From an uncultured Gemmatimonadales bacterium (GTDB taxonomy: Bacteria; Gemmatimonadota; Gemmatimonadetes; Gemmatimonadales; Gemmatimonadaceae), in NCBI GenBank assembly GCA_963701965.1, contig OY969695.1:2528001-2592000 (forward strand): a DNA stretch of 64,000 nucleotides, written 5' to 3'. Both the position numbers and the translations under genes were made by a program. Position 1 is the stretch's first letter, and each line of letters begins with the position of its first letter. Of the stretch, positions 1-10,092 are shown one piece after another. The notes under the pieces are model-generated. The model did not search any database and had not been told where the DNA came from. It saw only the letters and a list, made by a program, of their open reading frames with translations.

Positions 1-576
1 GACGAGTGACACGGACTCGCGGGTGGCGCCGACCAACTCGCACAACACGCGGTGCTGCGCGGGGTCGAGGACCATGCTGCCGTCCGGAGCCATGAACATG
101 CGCTGGCGCGCCATGCGCAGCAGCACGGACACGAGGCGCTGCTCGACGCTCAACGTGGCGAGCTCGCGCAGTTTGTCGAGCAGGCAAGCGTGCTCAGCCA
201 TTATTTGCCCGAGCAACGCGAATGCTTGGGGAGGACGTTCGCGGACAAAGGCCCGGAATCGAGAGCCGCTCAGGTGCAGTGTCTCGCTCTCGTCGTCGGC
301 GCGGGCGTCGGTGACGTATACAGCGCCGGGTCGGGCGCTGGCCGCGAGCCCCTCGGCGCCAAATGTTCCCCCGGCCGTGGCGACAGCCGGGATGAACCCT
401 CGACCGGCCTTCACGCGGGTGCGAAGTACGACGCGGCCCCGGACCACGACGAAGAGGCCATCTGCTGCTGCACCACGCTGATAGATATCGAAACCCGCGG
501 GCCACATCGCCCTGGCCCCATATCCGGCGACGGCGGCTAGCTCTTCGGCCGTCAGCCGAGCAGTCTCGTAGAGCAT
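1..576 (-). CDS. Crp/Fnr-family transcriptional regulator (3' end runs off the window; not in ORF track)
   Basis: Manual translation from ATG at 576: MLYETARLTAEELAAVAGYGARAMWPAGFDIYQRGAAADGLFVVVRGRV (cNMP-binding beta-roll) ... LSVEQRLVSVLLRMA ... LCELVGATRESVSLV (Crp HTH motif G.TRE.VS); no stop before position 1. Confidence 0.85.
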   Translation of the reverse strand, partial: MLYETARLTAEELAAVAGYGARAMWPAGFDIYQRGAAADGLFVVVRGRVVLRTRVKAGRGFIPAVATAGGTFGAEGLAASARPGAVYVTDARADDESETLHLSGSRFRAFVRERPPQAFALLGQIMAEHACLLDKLRELATLSVEQRLVSVLLRMARQRMFMAPDGSMVLDPAQHRVLCELVGATRESVSLV

Positions 577-662
577 AGGTAATCACCGGTGTAGCAATGT
601 CTGGGCCGTCTGGACTTTACTGGACTTTAGCTGTCGAGCCAGCTTCCTTTCTTAGACAGGTT

Positions 663-3325
663 ATGGAGTCCACGCCCACGCAGCTCCGGCCTTCGTTTGC
701 CTTGTTGGGCGCCGACGCCTTTCTCGCTGGGCGGCCGGCGACACCAGTGCAGTTGGCCCATGCTTGCCTGAAAGCCGGTTACAATGCGGCGGTGCCGGCG
801 AGTTGGGGCGATGAGTTGATCGCCGAGCGGTGCATCGAGCGGTTGGCTTCGCGGACGCTCGGACCGGCGGTATTCTGTGCATGTTCTTATGTGCGCGACC
901 GACTGCTGGCGCCGGGTCCGGACCTCGCGCCGTTCATGCTGTCGTTCGTGGCGCCACCCGTGGCCGCGGCGCGGTATCTGCGCCAGATCTACGCGGGACG
1001 GCCGATCGACATCACGTACGTCGGGGTGTGTCCGTCCGCCGACGACGAGTCGATCGATCGGCAGGTGGCGCCCAAGGCGTTTTTCGCCGAGCTGCGCGCG
1101 AAGGGGATCGTCCTCGCGCAGCAACCCACGGTGTTCAACTCGACGTTTGCGCCGGATCGGCGGCGGTGTCTGTCGCAGCCCGGTGGGCTCCCGACGCCTT
1201 CGCTGCTCGAGCGGCAGACGATCCCGCGCGATCTCGTGGAGATCGAGGGGTTCGAGTATGCGGCGGACTTGGCGCAGCATCTCATCCTGAATGAGCCGGT
1301 TCTCATAGATCTGGCTACGCGGTCGGGATGCGCGTGCAGCGGCGCGGCGATCGGCGTCACGCCGGCCGAGGCGCGGAACGGCGTGGTCGCCTTTGAGCCG
1401 CCCCGTTCGGCGCAGCCGATCGTGGAGCCCGACGTGCTCGTCGCCGTCGATCTGCCGATCACAGTTCCGGTGACGGACGACCGCGCGCCGATCGGCGACC
1501 GGCCCAAGAACGAGCGCGTGCCAATGGCGGATCGCGCGCCGGCCGAGCGGCTGGTGGCGGACCGCGCGCCGGAGCGCGCGTATCCCGCGGATCTGCCGGC
1601 GCCCCAGGATGACGCGCCCGGCGGGCGCGCGGCGCCGCGACCCGAGCCCGCCGTGCCGGCCGAGCGGGTGGTCGACGAGAACCCCGTGTTCGAGCGGCGC
1701 GGTGCCGAGCGCCGCACCGGTGACCGCCGGACGGCGGCGCAGCCGGCCGAGGACACTCAGGACTGGCCGGCGGATTGGTTGGCGACGGACGAGCTGGTGG
1801 CCCTTCCCGACCACCATGAGCCCTCACGGCCGCCGGCGCCCCGCGCGCCGTACGCCGAGACCCGACGCGAGGAGCGCCTCGACGCCCAGAGCGAAGAGCG
1901 CCTCCCGGTTTGGACCGAAGAGCACGTCGACGTCAGGAGCGGGCGCCGGCGCGAAGAGCGTCTCGAGGCCGAGACCGAAGAGCGCCTTCCCGTTTGGACC
2001 GAAGAGCACGTCGACGTCAGGAGCGAGCGCCGGCGCGAAGAGCGTCTCGAGGCCGAGACCGAAGAGCGCCTTCCCGTTTGGACCGAAGAGCACGTCGACG
2101 TCAGAAGCGAGCGCCGGCGCGAGCAGCGCCTCGAGGCCCACGCCGAAGAGCACATCGAAGTCAGGCGCGAAGATCGCCGCGAAGTCAGGCGCGAGCATCG
2201 CCGCGAAGTCGGACTCGAGGATCGCCGCGAAGTCGGGCGCGAAGACCGCGATGTCGGGCGCGAAGATCGCCGCGATGTCGGGCGCGAAGATCGCCGCATC
2301 AGGCGCAAGACCGCGGCGATGTCGGGCGCGAAGATCGCCGCAATGTCGGGCGCGAGGAGCGCCTCGAGGTTCGGTTCGATGAGCCGCGGGAGGCGCGGCC
2401 GTTCGACGCGACCTTCGACGTGCAGTTCGACAGTGCGTTCCGCTCGGCGTTCACCAGCGTGCCCGCACTTCCGATCGAACGCCAGGCGCCGACGTACGAG
2501 CTTCCCCCGGGAGTGGCCGACCGCGAAGTGGCGCTCGAAGTCTCGCGCCGCCGCCTGGCGGTGCCACGGGCCCGGAGCGCCGAAGGCCGGACATTGCCGC
2601 GCGCCTACGCGGTGCGCCGCGCGTTGACGCCGCCGACGGGCACGCCGATGATGCGCATCTCGCGCCGCAACTCCGCCGAGATCTCGCGTCCGGCGCCGGC
2701 GGCGCCAGTCGTCCCGGCCGACCTGCCGGCGCCCGCTCCGGCGCCGCGGCCGGCGCATCCGCCGGAGCCGTCGTACTACGCCACGATCCCCCTGACCGCG
2801 TTCGCCGCGAGCGGGGTGCTCTCAGCGGCGAGCCAGGGCGACACGGCTGTCACGCGCAAACGGTGGCAGCCCGACGCGATGCCATTGGCCACACTGCCGA
2901 TCGTGCCGAGCGACCGCGTGCCGAGCACGCCGGTCGCCCCGGGGACACCGGTCGCACCCGGCATGCGCGCGCCGAGCACGGAGCGCGTGGTGCCCGTCGC
3001 CACTTCGGTGGAGGCTCCGGTCCGTCGCCGCGCCCCGGCCACCAAACGGCGCGCCGCCGTCACGCCGCGCGGACTGGCCCGCCTCGGCTCGTGGCTCCGC
3101 CAGGTACGCCGCGCCTACATCATTGTCCTGATCGCGCTCGCGGCGTTGGCCACGATCGCGTCAGCCGCGATGCGCTACCTCGTCGGCGCCCCCGCGGTCG
3201 CCGCCGCCCAGCGCGCGCCGGCGCCCGCACCTCCGGACGCGGCGCCCACACCCGCTCCGACACCGAGCGCTGGGGTACCGGCGGATACCGTCACGGCCGC
3301 CGAGTACCCCCTCACCCAGTCGTAA
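663..3325 (+). CDS. Degenerate [FeFe]-hydrogenase large-subunit-like (Fe-S) domain protein with repetitive charged linker and C-terminal TM helix; apparent 1-bp deletion near 2306
   Basis: N-terminal PAVFCACSYV...APPVAAARYLR...ITYVGVCPSA...RSGCACSG resembles the Fe_hyd_lg_C motif order. The REDRRDVG repeat continues in the frame of ORF 1910..3325 after 2306, and that frame ends with hydrophobic IIVLIALAALATIASAAM. Confidence 0.6.
1865..2150 (+). repeat. 84-bp (28-aa) coding tandem repeat, about 3.3 copies
   Basis: TGGACCGAAGAGCAC recurs at 1911, 1995 and 2079; unit EERLPVWTEEHVDVRSERRREERLEAET. Confidence 0.9.
2160..2360 (+). repeat. Degenerate 24-bp (REDRRDVG) coding tandem repeat
   Basis: Repeated CGCGAAGATCGCCGCGATGTCGGG-like units. 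Confidence 0.8.
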
Positions 3326-3326
3326 C

Positions 3327-5475
3327 TCAGCGCAACGCCACCGTCGCGTCGCCGAGCGCGTGCGCGGCGGCAATGAAATGCGAAGCGAGATCGGCGATCT
3401 CGGCGTCCGTGAGCGACCGATCCCCTGTCCGAATCGCCTCGACGATGGACGGGAACGTGACGTTCGCGTACCCGTTATCCTCGTCCGCCGCGTAGATGAG
3501 ATTCCGCATCCACGGCCGCGTCCGCAGTCCGTTCGGCCGCGTCAACGCCCGCTCGACGCGGAGCAACGCGGCATTCGCCTTCCCGAACGCCGCCTCCGGC
3601 TCCCCGCTCTTCGTCAACGCCGCATCCCGCGCGGCGTTGAACGCGTGCGCGGCGCGGTCGAGCGTGTCGATGGCGGCGTTGAGCGGATCCAGTGAGACGG
3701 TGATGCCCTTGACCGTGCCAGTCTTGGCCAGCGCCGGCATCAACGCCCGCATGCTCCGCGCATATTCCACGTAGTCGTACGGCAGGATGTCCGCGTTCGC
3801 CAGCCGCAAGATCAGCGCGGCACCGACGCGCGCCGAGGCCGCGTGGTGCACATAGCCCGGATCCCCGAAGCGCGTCATCCAGTTGTAGTCGTCGTACGCC
3901 GAGTGGTAGACACCGGTGGGACCACCGAAGCCCCATTCGAGGATGGGGATGCCGAGGTGGTTGTAGAACCCGGCGAAATCGGAGCCGCCGCCGGGATCAC
4001 CGAACGTGGGCCCCTGGCTGTCGCTCGCGGCCGCCCGGCGCCCGTTGTGGACCCACGAATCGTAGACGGAACCCGAGTCGGGCGCGGGCACCGGCACTTC
4101 CTTGGCGATTTCGCGCAGCGTCTCGCGGAGTGACGGCGAGCCGGCAGCGCCAAACTGCGAGCCGCCCGCGGCGACGTCCTGATTGAAGTAGGCGACCGCG
4201 CCGTGCAACAGGCGCAACGAATCGTCCTCGACGTATTCGGTGGAGCCGATCACCCCCCATTCCTCGGCGTCCCAGGTCGCGAACACGATGGTGCGCTTGG
4301 GCTTTTGCCCGGCGCGCACCTGCGCCGCGATCGTCCGCGCGACTTCAAGCACCGACGTGGTGCCGCTGATGTTGTCCGAGGTGCCGGGGCCCCACGCGTC
4401 GCGATGGCCGCCAATCAAGATCATTTCATCCGGATACGTCGTCCCGCGAATCACGCCGAACGTGTCCCAGATGGTCTTGTATGCCGCCGCACCCGTATCC
4501 ACGGTGGCGGCGACACGGGCCCGCACCGGGCCCGGGCCCACGTGATAGCGGAATCCGAGCCCACCCTGCCAGGCGGCGGGCATGGCCACGTCGCGCGCCA
4601 CGCACGAGCTGCCCGGCGCGGCCTCACACGGCGCGCCGCGATCCCGCAAGCCGCGCAGCAGTTGCTCGGCGTTGCCGTAGGAGAGCGGCACGACGGGGAT
4701 GCGGGGAATCGCCATTCTGGTCGACCGGAACGCGCTTCGCGCCACGGACGCTCGGGTATCCGGGCGTGCTCGGGTCGCCGTCCTCGTTCATGACACTACC
4801 GCGTTGCACGCCCTGCGGCGGGCGCATCGGACCGCCCGGGTACACATCGCCGCGCGTGAATCCGTCGTCGGCGGGATCACTGTAGATGAGGAGCGCGACC
4901 GCGCCGTGCTTTTCGGCTTCGCGGGCTTTGATGCCCCGATACGACCGGCCATAGCGGGCGACGACGACCTTGCCCGCCACGGAGATCCCGATGGAGTCGA
5001 GATGCGCGTAGTCCTCGATCAAGCCGTAGTTCACGTAGATGACGTCGCCGCTGGCGTTGCCGCCGGCGCCGTAGCCGTTGAATACGGGGATCTGTGGATA
5101 CGCGCTCGACGTCGAGTCGCCCGGCACCGGTCCTTCGACGAGCGGGAGCTCCATCGAGTCCGGCGACGTGCGCCAGACGTGCACGGACTTGGGGTATGGC
5201 ATGTAGACGTCGTAGGCGCGGACGGACGCCTCGATGCCGTACTGCTTGAGGCGCTCGATCACGTAGTCGCGCGTCTTCGCTTGCTCGGGCGAGCCGGCCA
5301 TGTGCGGCACGCGGGACAGCGTACGGGAGATCGTGTCGGCGATGGCGGGATTCGGTTCCGCGATGGCGCGGGTCTCCAGGCGCTGTTCCGCGGCGGCATC
5401 GGACGGCGTGTAGCCGGGCATCTGCGCCCGCGCCACTGACGCCGCCAGCATCAATACACTAAGCGCCCATCGCAT
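3327..5475 (-). CDS. M28 family peptidase (glutamate carboxypeptidase II-like: PA + M28 + TfR-dimerisation), 1-bp frameshift near 4715
   Basis: Signal peptide, YVNYG..EDY, ARYG..YRG.K, YSDPADDG (ORF 4624..5475); GGHRDAW, WDAEEWG, SDFAGF, YHSAYD (ORF 3327..4745). Confidence 0.9.
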
Positions 5476-6085
5476 CGCGCACCCCCGTGATCACGAATTG
5501 CACGGCGACTGCCGCGAGGAGCAACCCCATGAGCCGGGTCACGATGCGAATGCCGGTGCGGCCGAGCCTTGCCATCAGGCGATCTCCAAGTCGAAGTGAA
5601 AGCCAGCACGCGAACGCGGTGAGCGCGATCGAGGCGTAGAGCACGGCCGATTGCGCGACTCCGCGCGCCTGGCCGGCGAGCACCATCACGGTCGAGATGG
5701 CGCCCGGGCCGGCCAGCATCGGCACGGCCAGCGGCGTCAGCGCGACGTCTTCCTTCTCCTGCCCCTCGACGATCTCGGCCGGGGTTTCCTGCGTCGTGCG
5801 CTGGCCGCGCAGCATGTCCATCGCCACCAGCCACAGAATGAAACCGCCGGCGATCCGGAACGCGGGCAGCGTGATACCGAACAAGTCGAAGATGTAGCGG
5901 CCCGCGGCGGCGAACACCGCCAGCAGGATGGCGGCGGCCACGCACGCCCGCGCCGCCGTCCGCGCGCGCCGGTCCGGCGCCTGTTCGCTCGTGATCACGA
6001 GATACGCCGGAATCGCCGCGATGGGATCGACGATGAACAGGACCGACGTGAATGTGATGAGAGCGAACTGGAAATACGCGCGCAC
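5459..6085 (-). CDS. MarC family inner membrane protein
   Basis: IVDPIAAIP, FRIAGG, PLAVPMLAGPGAIST, RLMGLLLAAVAVQF. Confidence 0.92.
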   Translation of the reverse strand: MRAYFQFALITFTSVLFIVDPIAAIPAYLVITSEQAPDRRARTAARACVAAAILLAVFAAAGRYIFDLFGITLPAFRIAGGFILWLVAMDMLRGQRTTQETPAEIVEGQEKEDVALTPLAVPMLAGPGAISTVMVLAGQARGVAQSAVLYASIALTAFACWLSLRLGDRLMARLGRTGIRIVTRLMGLLLAAVAVQFVITGVRDAMGA

Positions 6086-6235
6086 GCGGCAGGATAACCG
6101 ACCTGGGCGCCAGTCGGTAGCTCCGCGTCACACGGACACAGCCTGATCGTGTTATACCCGTGCCCCTGGGCAAATTGGACGACCCGGCGGTGGCATGCGA
6201 TCGATGCGGACGACGCGCAACATGCTGCCGATCCG

Positions 6236-7429
6236 CTACGCGTCGAGCTGACCGGCTTCGAGTCTGGCGAGCAGATCGAGCAGTCCGACGGCCTCCCACG
6301 ATTGATTGCGTTGCGAAGTCCCGAGGGGGGCGAGCACGCCGGCGTCTTGCAGCTGCCGCAACGCCTCGTAGATGGATGGCTTTGACCGGCTCGTTGCCGC
6401 GATGGCCACGGGCGCGGTGATCATGGGATGCGACGGGAGCACGTCAATGACCGCCCAAGCCGCCGCATCGGATCGCGGTGCCGACGGCGCATCCGCGAGT
6501 CGAGCGCGCCACCGGGCGCCGAGATCCTGTACGGCATTGAGGTAACTCAACGCCAGCCGCGACGCGCCGGTTGTCGCCGCGGCGAACTGCTCGATCCATT
6601 CGTTCGTCCCGTGCCCTCGGAATGCGGTAAGACCAGCGATATACCGGTCCCGCGCCGATGCCAAAAGCACGCTGATCGGTGGCACGTACGCGGGCGCCAC
6701 GCCGCGCCGGCGCAGGATCGCATGGATGAGGGCGCGGCCCGCGCGGCCATTGCCGTCGTGGAATGGGTGGATCGTCTCGAACTGCGCGTGGACCAAGGCT
6801 GCTTGGACGAGTGGTGGCAGCCGATCGTCGTTGATCGCGTCGCAGAGATCAGCCAGCAGCCTCGCGACGTGTTCGGGAGGCGGAGGGACGAAATCGGCCC
6901 CGCACGGGTTGTAGTCGTTGCCGCCGATCCAATTCTGCTCGGTCCGGATTTGCCCGGCAACGCGGGGCGATGCCTTGGCCATCAGCCGCTGATGGATCGC
7001 GATGATTTTGGTCACCGTGAAGGGCTCGGCAAGAGCCGCTTCATGAACTGCCAACTCCATGGCATCGATGTTCGCGAGGACTTCCTGCGCGGTGGGCCCG
7101 GCTTTCCTTCCCGCTTCCAGCCGGGCCTCCGCGCGCGCCAACTCGCGCACGCCGATTTGCATCCCCTCGATCTTCGAGGACGCGATGGACTCCGTACGGA
7201 GAAGCAACCGGGCGAGAGGGGTCAATGCCGGCCGCGCCTGATCGTTCAGGGTGCGAATGGCGGATTCAGCCTCGGATACCGCTCCGGCGACGTGAACGGG
7301 TATGTTCAGCGCCAAGTTCGAGAGCGGATCCGGGATAAAGGCCTCATAAGTACAAGCCTTCTTGTACTTTGCCGGCGCGTCGATCGCTGAGTCGTGTGGC
7401 CAGACCAACTTGACCTTGTGCCCCGCCAT
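6236..7429 (-). CDS. Fic family protein with N-terminal inhibitory motif and C-terminal HTH-like region
   Basis: Canonical HPFHDGNGRAGR; SSKIEG fits the (S/T)xxxE(G/N) inhibitory motif; RBS GGAGG upstream. Confidence 0.93.
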   Translation of the reverse strand: MAGHKVKLVWPHDSAIDAPAKYKKACTYEAFIPDPLSNLALNIPVHVAGAVSEAESAIRTLNDQARPALTPLARLLLRTESIASSKIEGMQIGVRELARAEARLEAGRKAGPTAQEVLANIDAMELAVHEAALAEPFTVTKIIAIHQRLMAKASPRVAGQIRTEQNWIGGNDYNPCGADFVPPPPEHVARLLADLCDAINDDRLPPLVQAALVHAQFETIHPFHDGNGRAGRALIHAILRRRGVAPAYVPPISVLLASARDRYIAGLTAFRGHGTNEWIEQFAAATTGASRLALSYLNAVQDLGARWRARLADAPSAPRSDAAAWAVIDVLPSHPMITAPVAIAATSRSKPSIYEALRQLQDAGVLAPLGTSQRNQSWEAVGLLDLLARLEAGQLDA

Positions 7430-7446
7430 CGGCCTCCCGTTGGGCT

Positions 7447-7517
7447 ATCCCTAACTAACCCGGCCTTCTTAGTTAGACTTACGACCCATCCCTAACTAAG
7501 CTACCGCCGCGAGTTAG
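7447..7517. promoter_or_regulatory. Two tandem palindromic operator-like sites upstream of fic
   Basis: CTAACTAA-N10-TTAGTTAG (7451-7476) and CTAACTAA-N10-CGAGTTAG (7492-7517); ATCCCTAACTAA repeated 41 bp apart. Confidence 0.6.
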
Positions 7518-7532
7518 CCCTACGAAAGGCCC

Positions 7533-8138
7533 CTACTCGTACTCCTCGAGCGCCGTGGCGATGGCCGAGCGGAGGCGCGCCTCGCGCGCGGGGCCCTCGG
7601 GGAGGTTGCCGGCGAGGCGCATCCATTGACGGACCATCTCGTCGGCCACGAACGCCGGCGATCGCCGCTGGAGGCCGAGGGCGGCGAGGGCCGTCTCGGC
7701 GAGGCGGCGGAGTGCGACCCGCGTCTCCGGATCCAGCGCCTCGAGCGTCGCCGGATCGCGCGGCACCGGCGGCGGCGTGCGGCGGCGGTTGCGGCGCGGG
7801 GCTTCGACGAGGGCGCGCAACGTCGCGAGGCGCACAATGAAGGCACCCGCGGTGTGCGCGTGCGCTTCGGCGATCACGCCCTGGCGGCGCAGCGCAGGCA
7901 AGAGGCGGGCGACCGCCTCGCGGACCACCGGGACGCCGCCAGGACTCCCCCGGCCGCGCCCGGTGATCACCAACACCTCCTCGCCCGGAAACGTGACCTG
8001 CCGCTCGCGCAGCCACGCCTCCGCCCGCCGGGCGGCGTCGTCGCCGCTCGGCAAGGCCAGCCGCAGGTTCAACGTCCGCGCCGGCCCGAACCGGGCCTCA
8101 TCGAACGCGCCTTGAACGCTACCGGGCGTCGGCGACAT
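7533..8138 (-). CDS. Smr-domain-like protein
   Basis: TLNLR...VLVITGRGRGSPGG..VR...GAFIV is Smr-like; start chosen at MSPTPG. Confidence 0.7.
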   Translation of the reverse strand: MSPTPGSVQGAFDEARFGPARTLNLRLALPSGDDAARRAEAWLRERQVTFPGEEVLVITGRGRGSPGGVPVVREAVARLLPALRRQGVIAEAHAHTAGAFIVRLATLRALVEAPRRNRRRTPPPVPRDPATLEALDPETRVALRRLAETALAALGLQRRSPAFVADEMVRQWMRLAGNLPEGPAREARLRSAIATALEEYE

Positions 8139-9735
8139 GCGTGGAACCCGCGCTCTCCGCGCGTAGCGCCTGGCGGAGCACATGCCCATCGAGCCGTTCC
8201 GACGGCGTCACGCCGAGCACGGACGCCAGCGTCGGCGCCATGTCGACCACGCGCGCGATCGTCGGGTACTGCCCCGGCTTGAACGGCGGCCCATAAAAGA
8301 GGATAGGCACGTGCGCATCGTAATCGTAGACCGACCCGTGCGACGCCGATCCCCCCGGCTCACCCCAATACCAGTACGGCTTGAGCGTGATGACCATCGC
8401 CGCCGGACTATCGTCGGGGAACATGTGGAACCACCGCCGCGCGACGAAGTCGCGCACCGTATCGCCCTGCGCGAGCGTCCGCACGAAATCCGCGCGCGCT
8501 ACGCCCGGCACCTTCTTCGCATTCGCCGCGAACGCCCGCATGAGCGAATCCGGATCCAGCCCGCCCGACTTGATCGCCCCCCGATCGAGATACAACACAC
8601 CCTCGGCGAATCGCCACGCCGTCGTGTCGACCCCGTGCCGCGGCAGCGCCTGCCGGATGTACTCGTTGAACCCCGCGAGATTCACATAGCCCGCGCCCGC
8701 GTTCGGGTATCGCCCCGAATGCACTTCGGGGAACGGCGCCACACCGTGGTCCGCCGTCAACGCGATCACCACCCGCGTCGAGTCCCGCAGCGTGAACAAC
8801 GTGTCGAGGAACGCGCCCAGATATTGATCCAGCCGCACGATCTGATCGTGCAGCTCCTTCGAGTCCGGGCCGTACCAATGCCCGATCGCGTCCGTCGTCG
8901 ACAAGGACACCGCCAACAAGTCCGGCTGCGGCCCCGTGCCCAACCGCATCGCGCGGAGCCCGCTCAACGCCACCTCGAGCGTGATCTGGTCCATCCACGG
9001 CGTCGTCGCCAACACCCGCGTCACCGTCGAGTCCTTCGGCATGCGATGCGGGAAGAGATAGTCCCGCCCGCCGCCCTCCACGATGTTGCTGTCCGGCTCC
9101 GGATACGCGCTGTCCGGTAACAACGGCTCCCACGACTTGCCAATGAACGACAGCGGAATGCGCTTGGCGTTGAACTCGCTGAGCCACGCCGGCAGCGTAT
9201 CCGCGTAATACGTGCTCGTCAGGAAGTTGCCGTTGGACGCGAACCACACGGCCATCTGATGCGCGCGCCCGAGCGGCAGGATCGCCGCGCGGTCCTTGCG
9301 CGAGACCGAAAGCGCGCGCGAGCGCCAGTCCTTGATGCGCATCCAATCGATCAGCGTGGACCCCCGAAAGCGGAACGGCGACGCGCCAGTGTCCGCCGCC
9401 CCCACGAGCGCCGCTTGATAGTCGAGCACGCCGGCCGCGTTCGCCACGATCCCGGTGTGCCGCGGAAAGCGGCCGGACAGGGTCGACGCATGACCCGGCG
9501 CCGTCTCCGTGATGGCGTGATCTTGAAACCCCTGCGTGAACACGGCGCCTCGGCGATATAACCGGCCGAGGCCGCCCGTGAGCTGCGGGAGAAAGCGCGT
9601 GAAGTAGTCGGCGCGCATCTGGTCGACCGTCAGAAACACGACCAGCGTGGGCGTGGGACCAGTCTGTGCCCCAGCCAACGTCGGGACCGCGAGCGCGGCA
9701 ACCGCCAACCAAAGCCTTCTCGACATGAGCGACAT
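8119..9735 (-). CDS. Alkaline phosphatase superfamily protein (PafA/PhoK-like), secreted
   Basis: VDQMRADY, TETAPGHA, SRKDRAAI, TDAIGH.YGP, TADHG, HGS.YDYD.HVP. Confidence 0.92.
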   Translation of the reverse strand: MSLMSRRLWLAVAALAVPTLAGAQTGPTPTLVVFLTVDQMRADYFTRFLPQLTGGLGRLYRRGAVFTQGFQDHAITETAPGHASTLSGRFPRHTGIVANAAGVLDYQAALVGAADTGASPFRFRGSTLIDWMRIKDWRSRALSVSRKDRAAILPLGRAHQMAVWFASNGNFLTSTYYADTLPAWLSEFNAKRIPLSFIGKSWEPLLPDSAYPEPDSNIVEGGGRDYLFPHRMPKDSTVTRVLATTPWMDQITLEVALSGLRAMRLGTGPQPDLLAVSLSTTDAIGHWYGPDSKELHDQIVRLDQYLGAFLDTLFTLRDSTRVVIALTADHGVAPFPEVHSGRYPNAGAGYVNLAGFNEYIRQALPRHGVDTTAWRFAEGVLYLDRGAIKSGGLDPDSLMRAFAANAKKVPGVARADFVRTLAQGDTVRDFVARRWFHMFPDDSPAAMVITLKPYWYWGEPGGSASHGSVYDYDAHVPILFYGPPFKPGQYPTIARVVDMAPTLASVLGVTPSERLDGHVLRQALRAESAGSTHVADAR

Positions 9736-9907
9736 GCAGCGAGATCGAAAGGAGTGAGCGTAAACGGCGGCGGGCAATGGCGACCACCCAATGCCCATGA
9801 CCGCAGGGAAGGTACCCGCTCCGGATGCCTACACGGATGCCCCCCGCGCGTGGGTATCCAGTGTGCAACGATGAACGGAGGACGGGAGCGCCCGACCAAC
9901 GCGACCA

Positions 9908-10047
9908 TTGTCCCCGACTTGGGACAACACGCGTGTTCTGCCGGGCACATCGCACCCGGCCACCAGATGAGCGCATCACGCTAACGCATGTGTTATCAAC
10001 GACTTAGTCGACCGACGCCAGCCCGGTGCCCACGGTACCGGCTGTGC
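9908..10047 (+). promoter_or_regulatory. Putative sigma54 promoter with upstream palindrome and IHF site
   Basis: TTGTCCC-N6-GGGACAA (9908-9927); TATCAACGACTTA matches WATCAAN4TTR (9994-10006); GG-N10-GC (10034-10047). Confidence 0.5.
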
Positions 10048-10092
10048 GTATGATGGGCCTGCAGCTTGGCACAACGACCCCGCGGAGGACTG

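Noticed and set aside
23..586. ORFs 23..481, 52..540 and 194..586
   Set aside because: Shadows of the minus-strand Crp/Fnr gene at 1-576
1865..2360. Repeats as a CRISPR array
   Set aside because: Contiguous coding tandem units with no unique spacers and no cas genes
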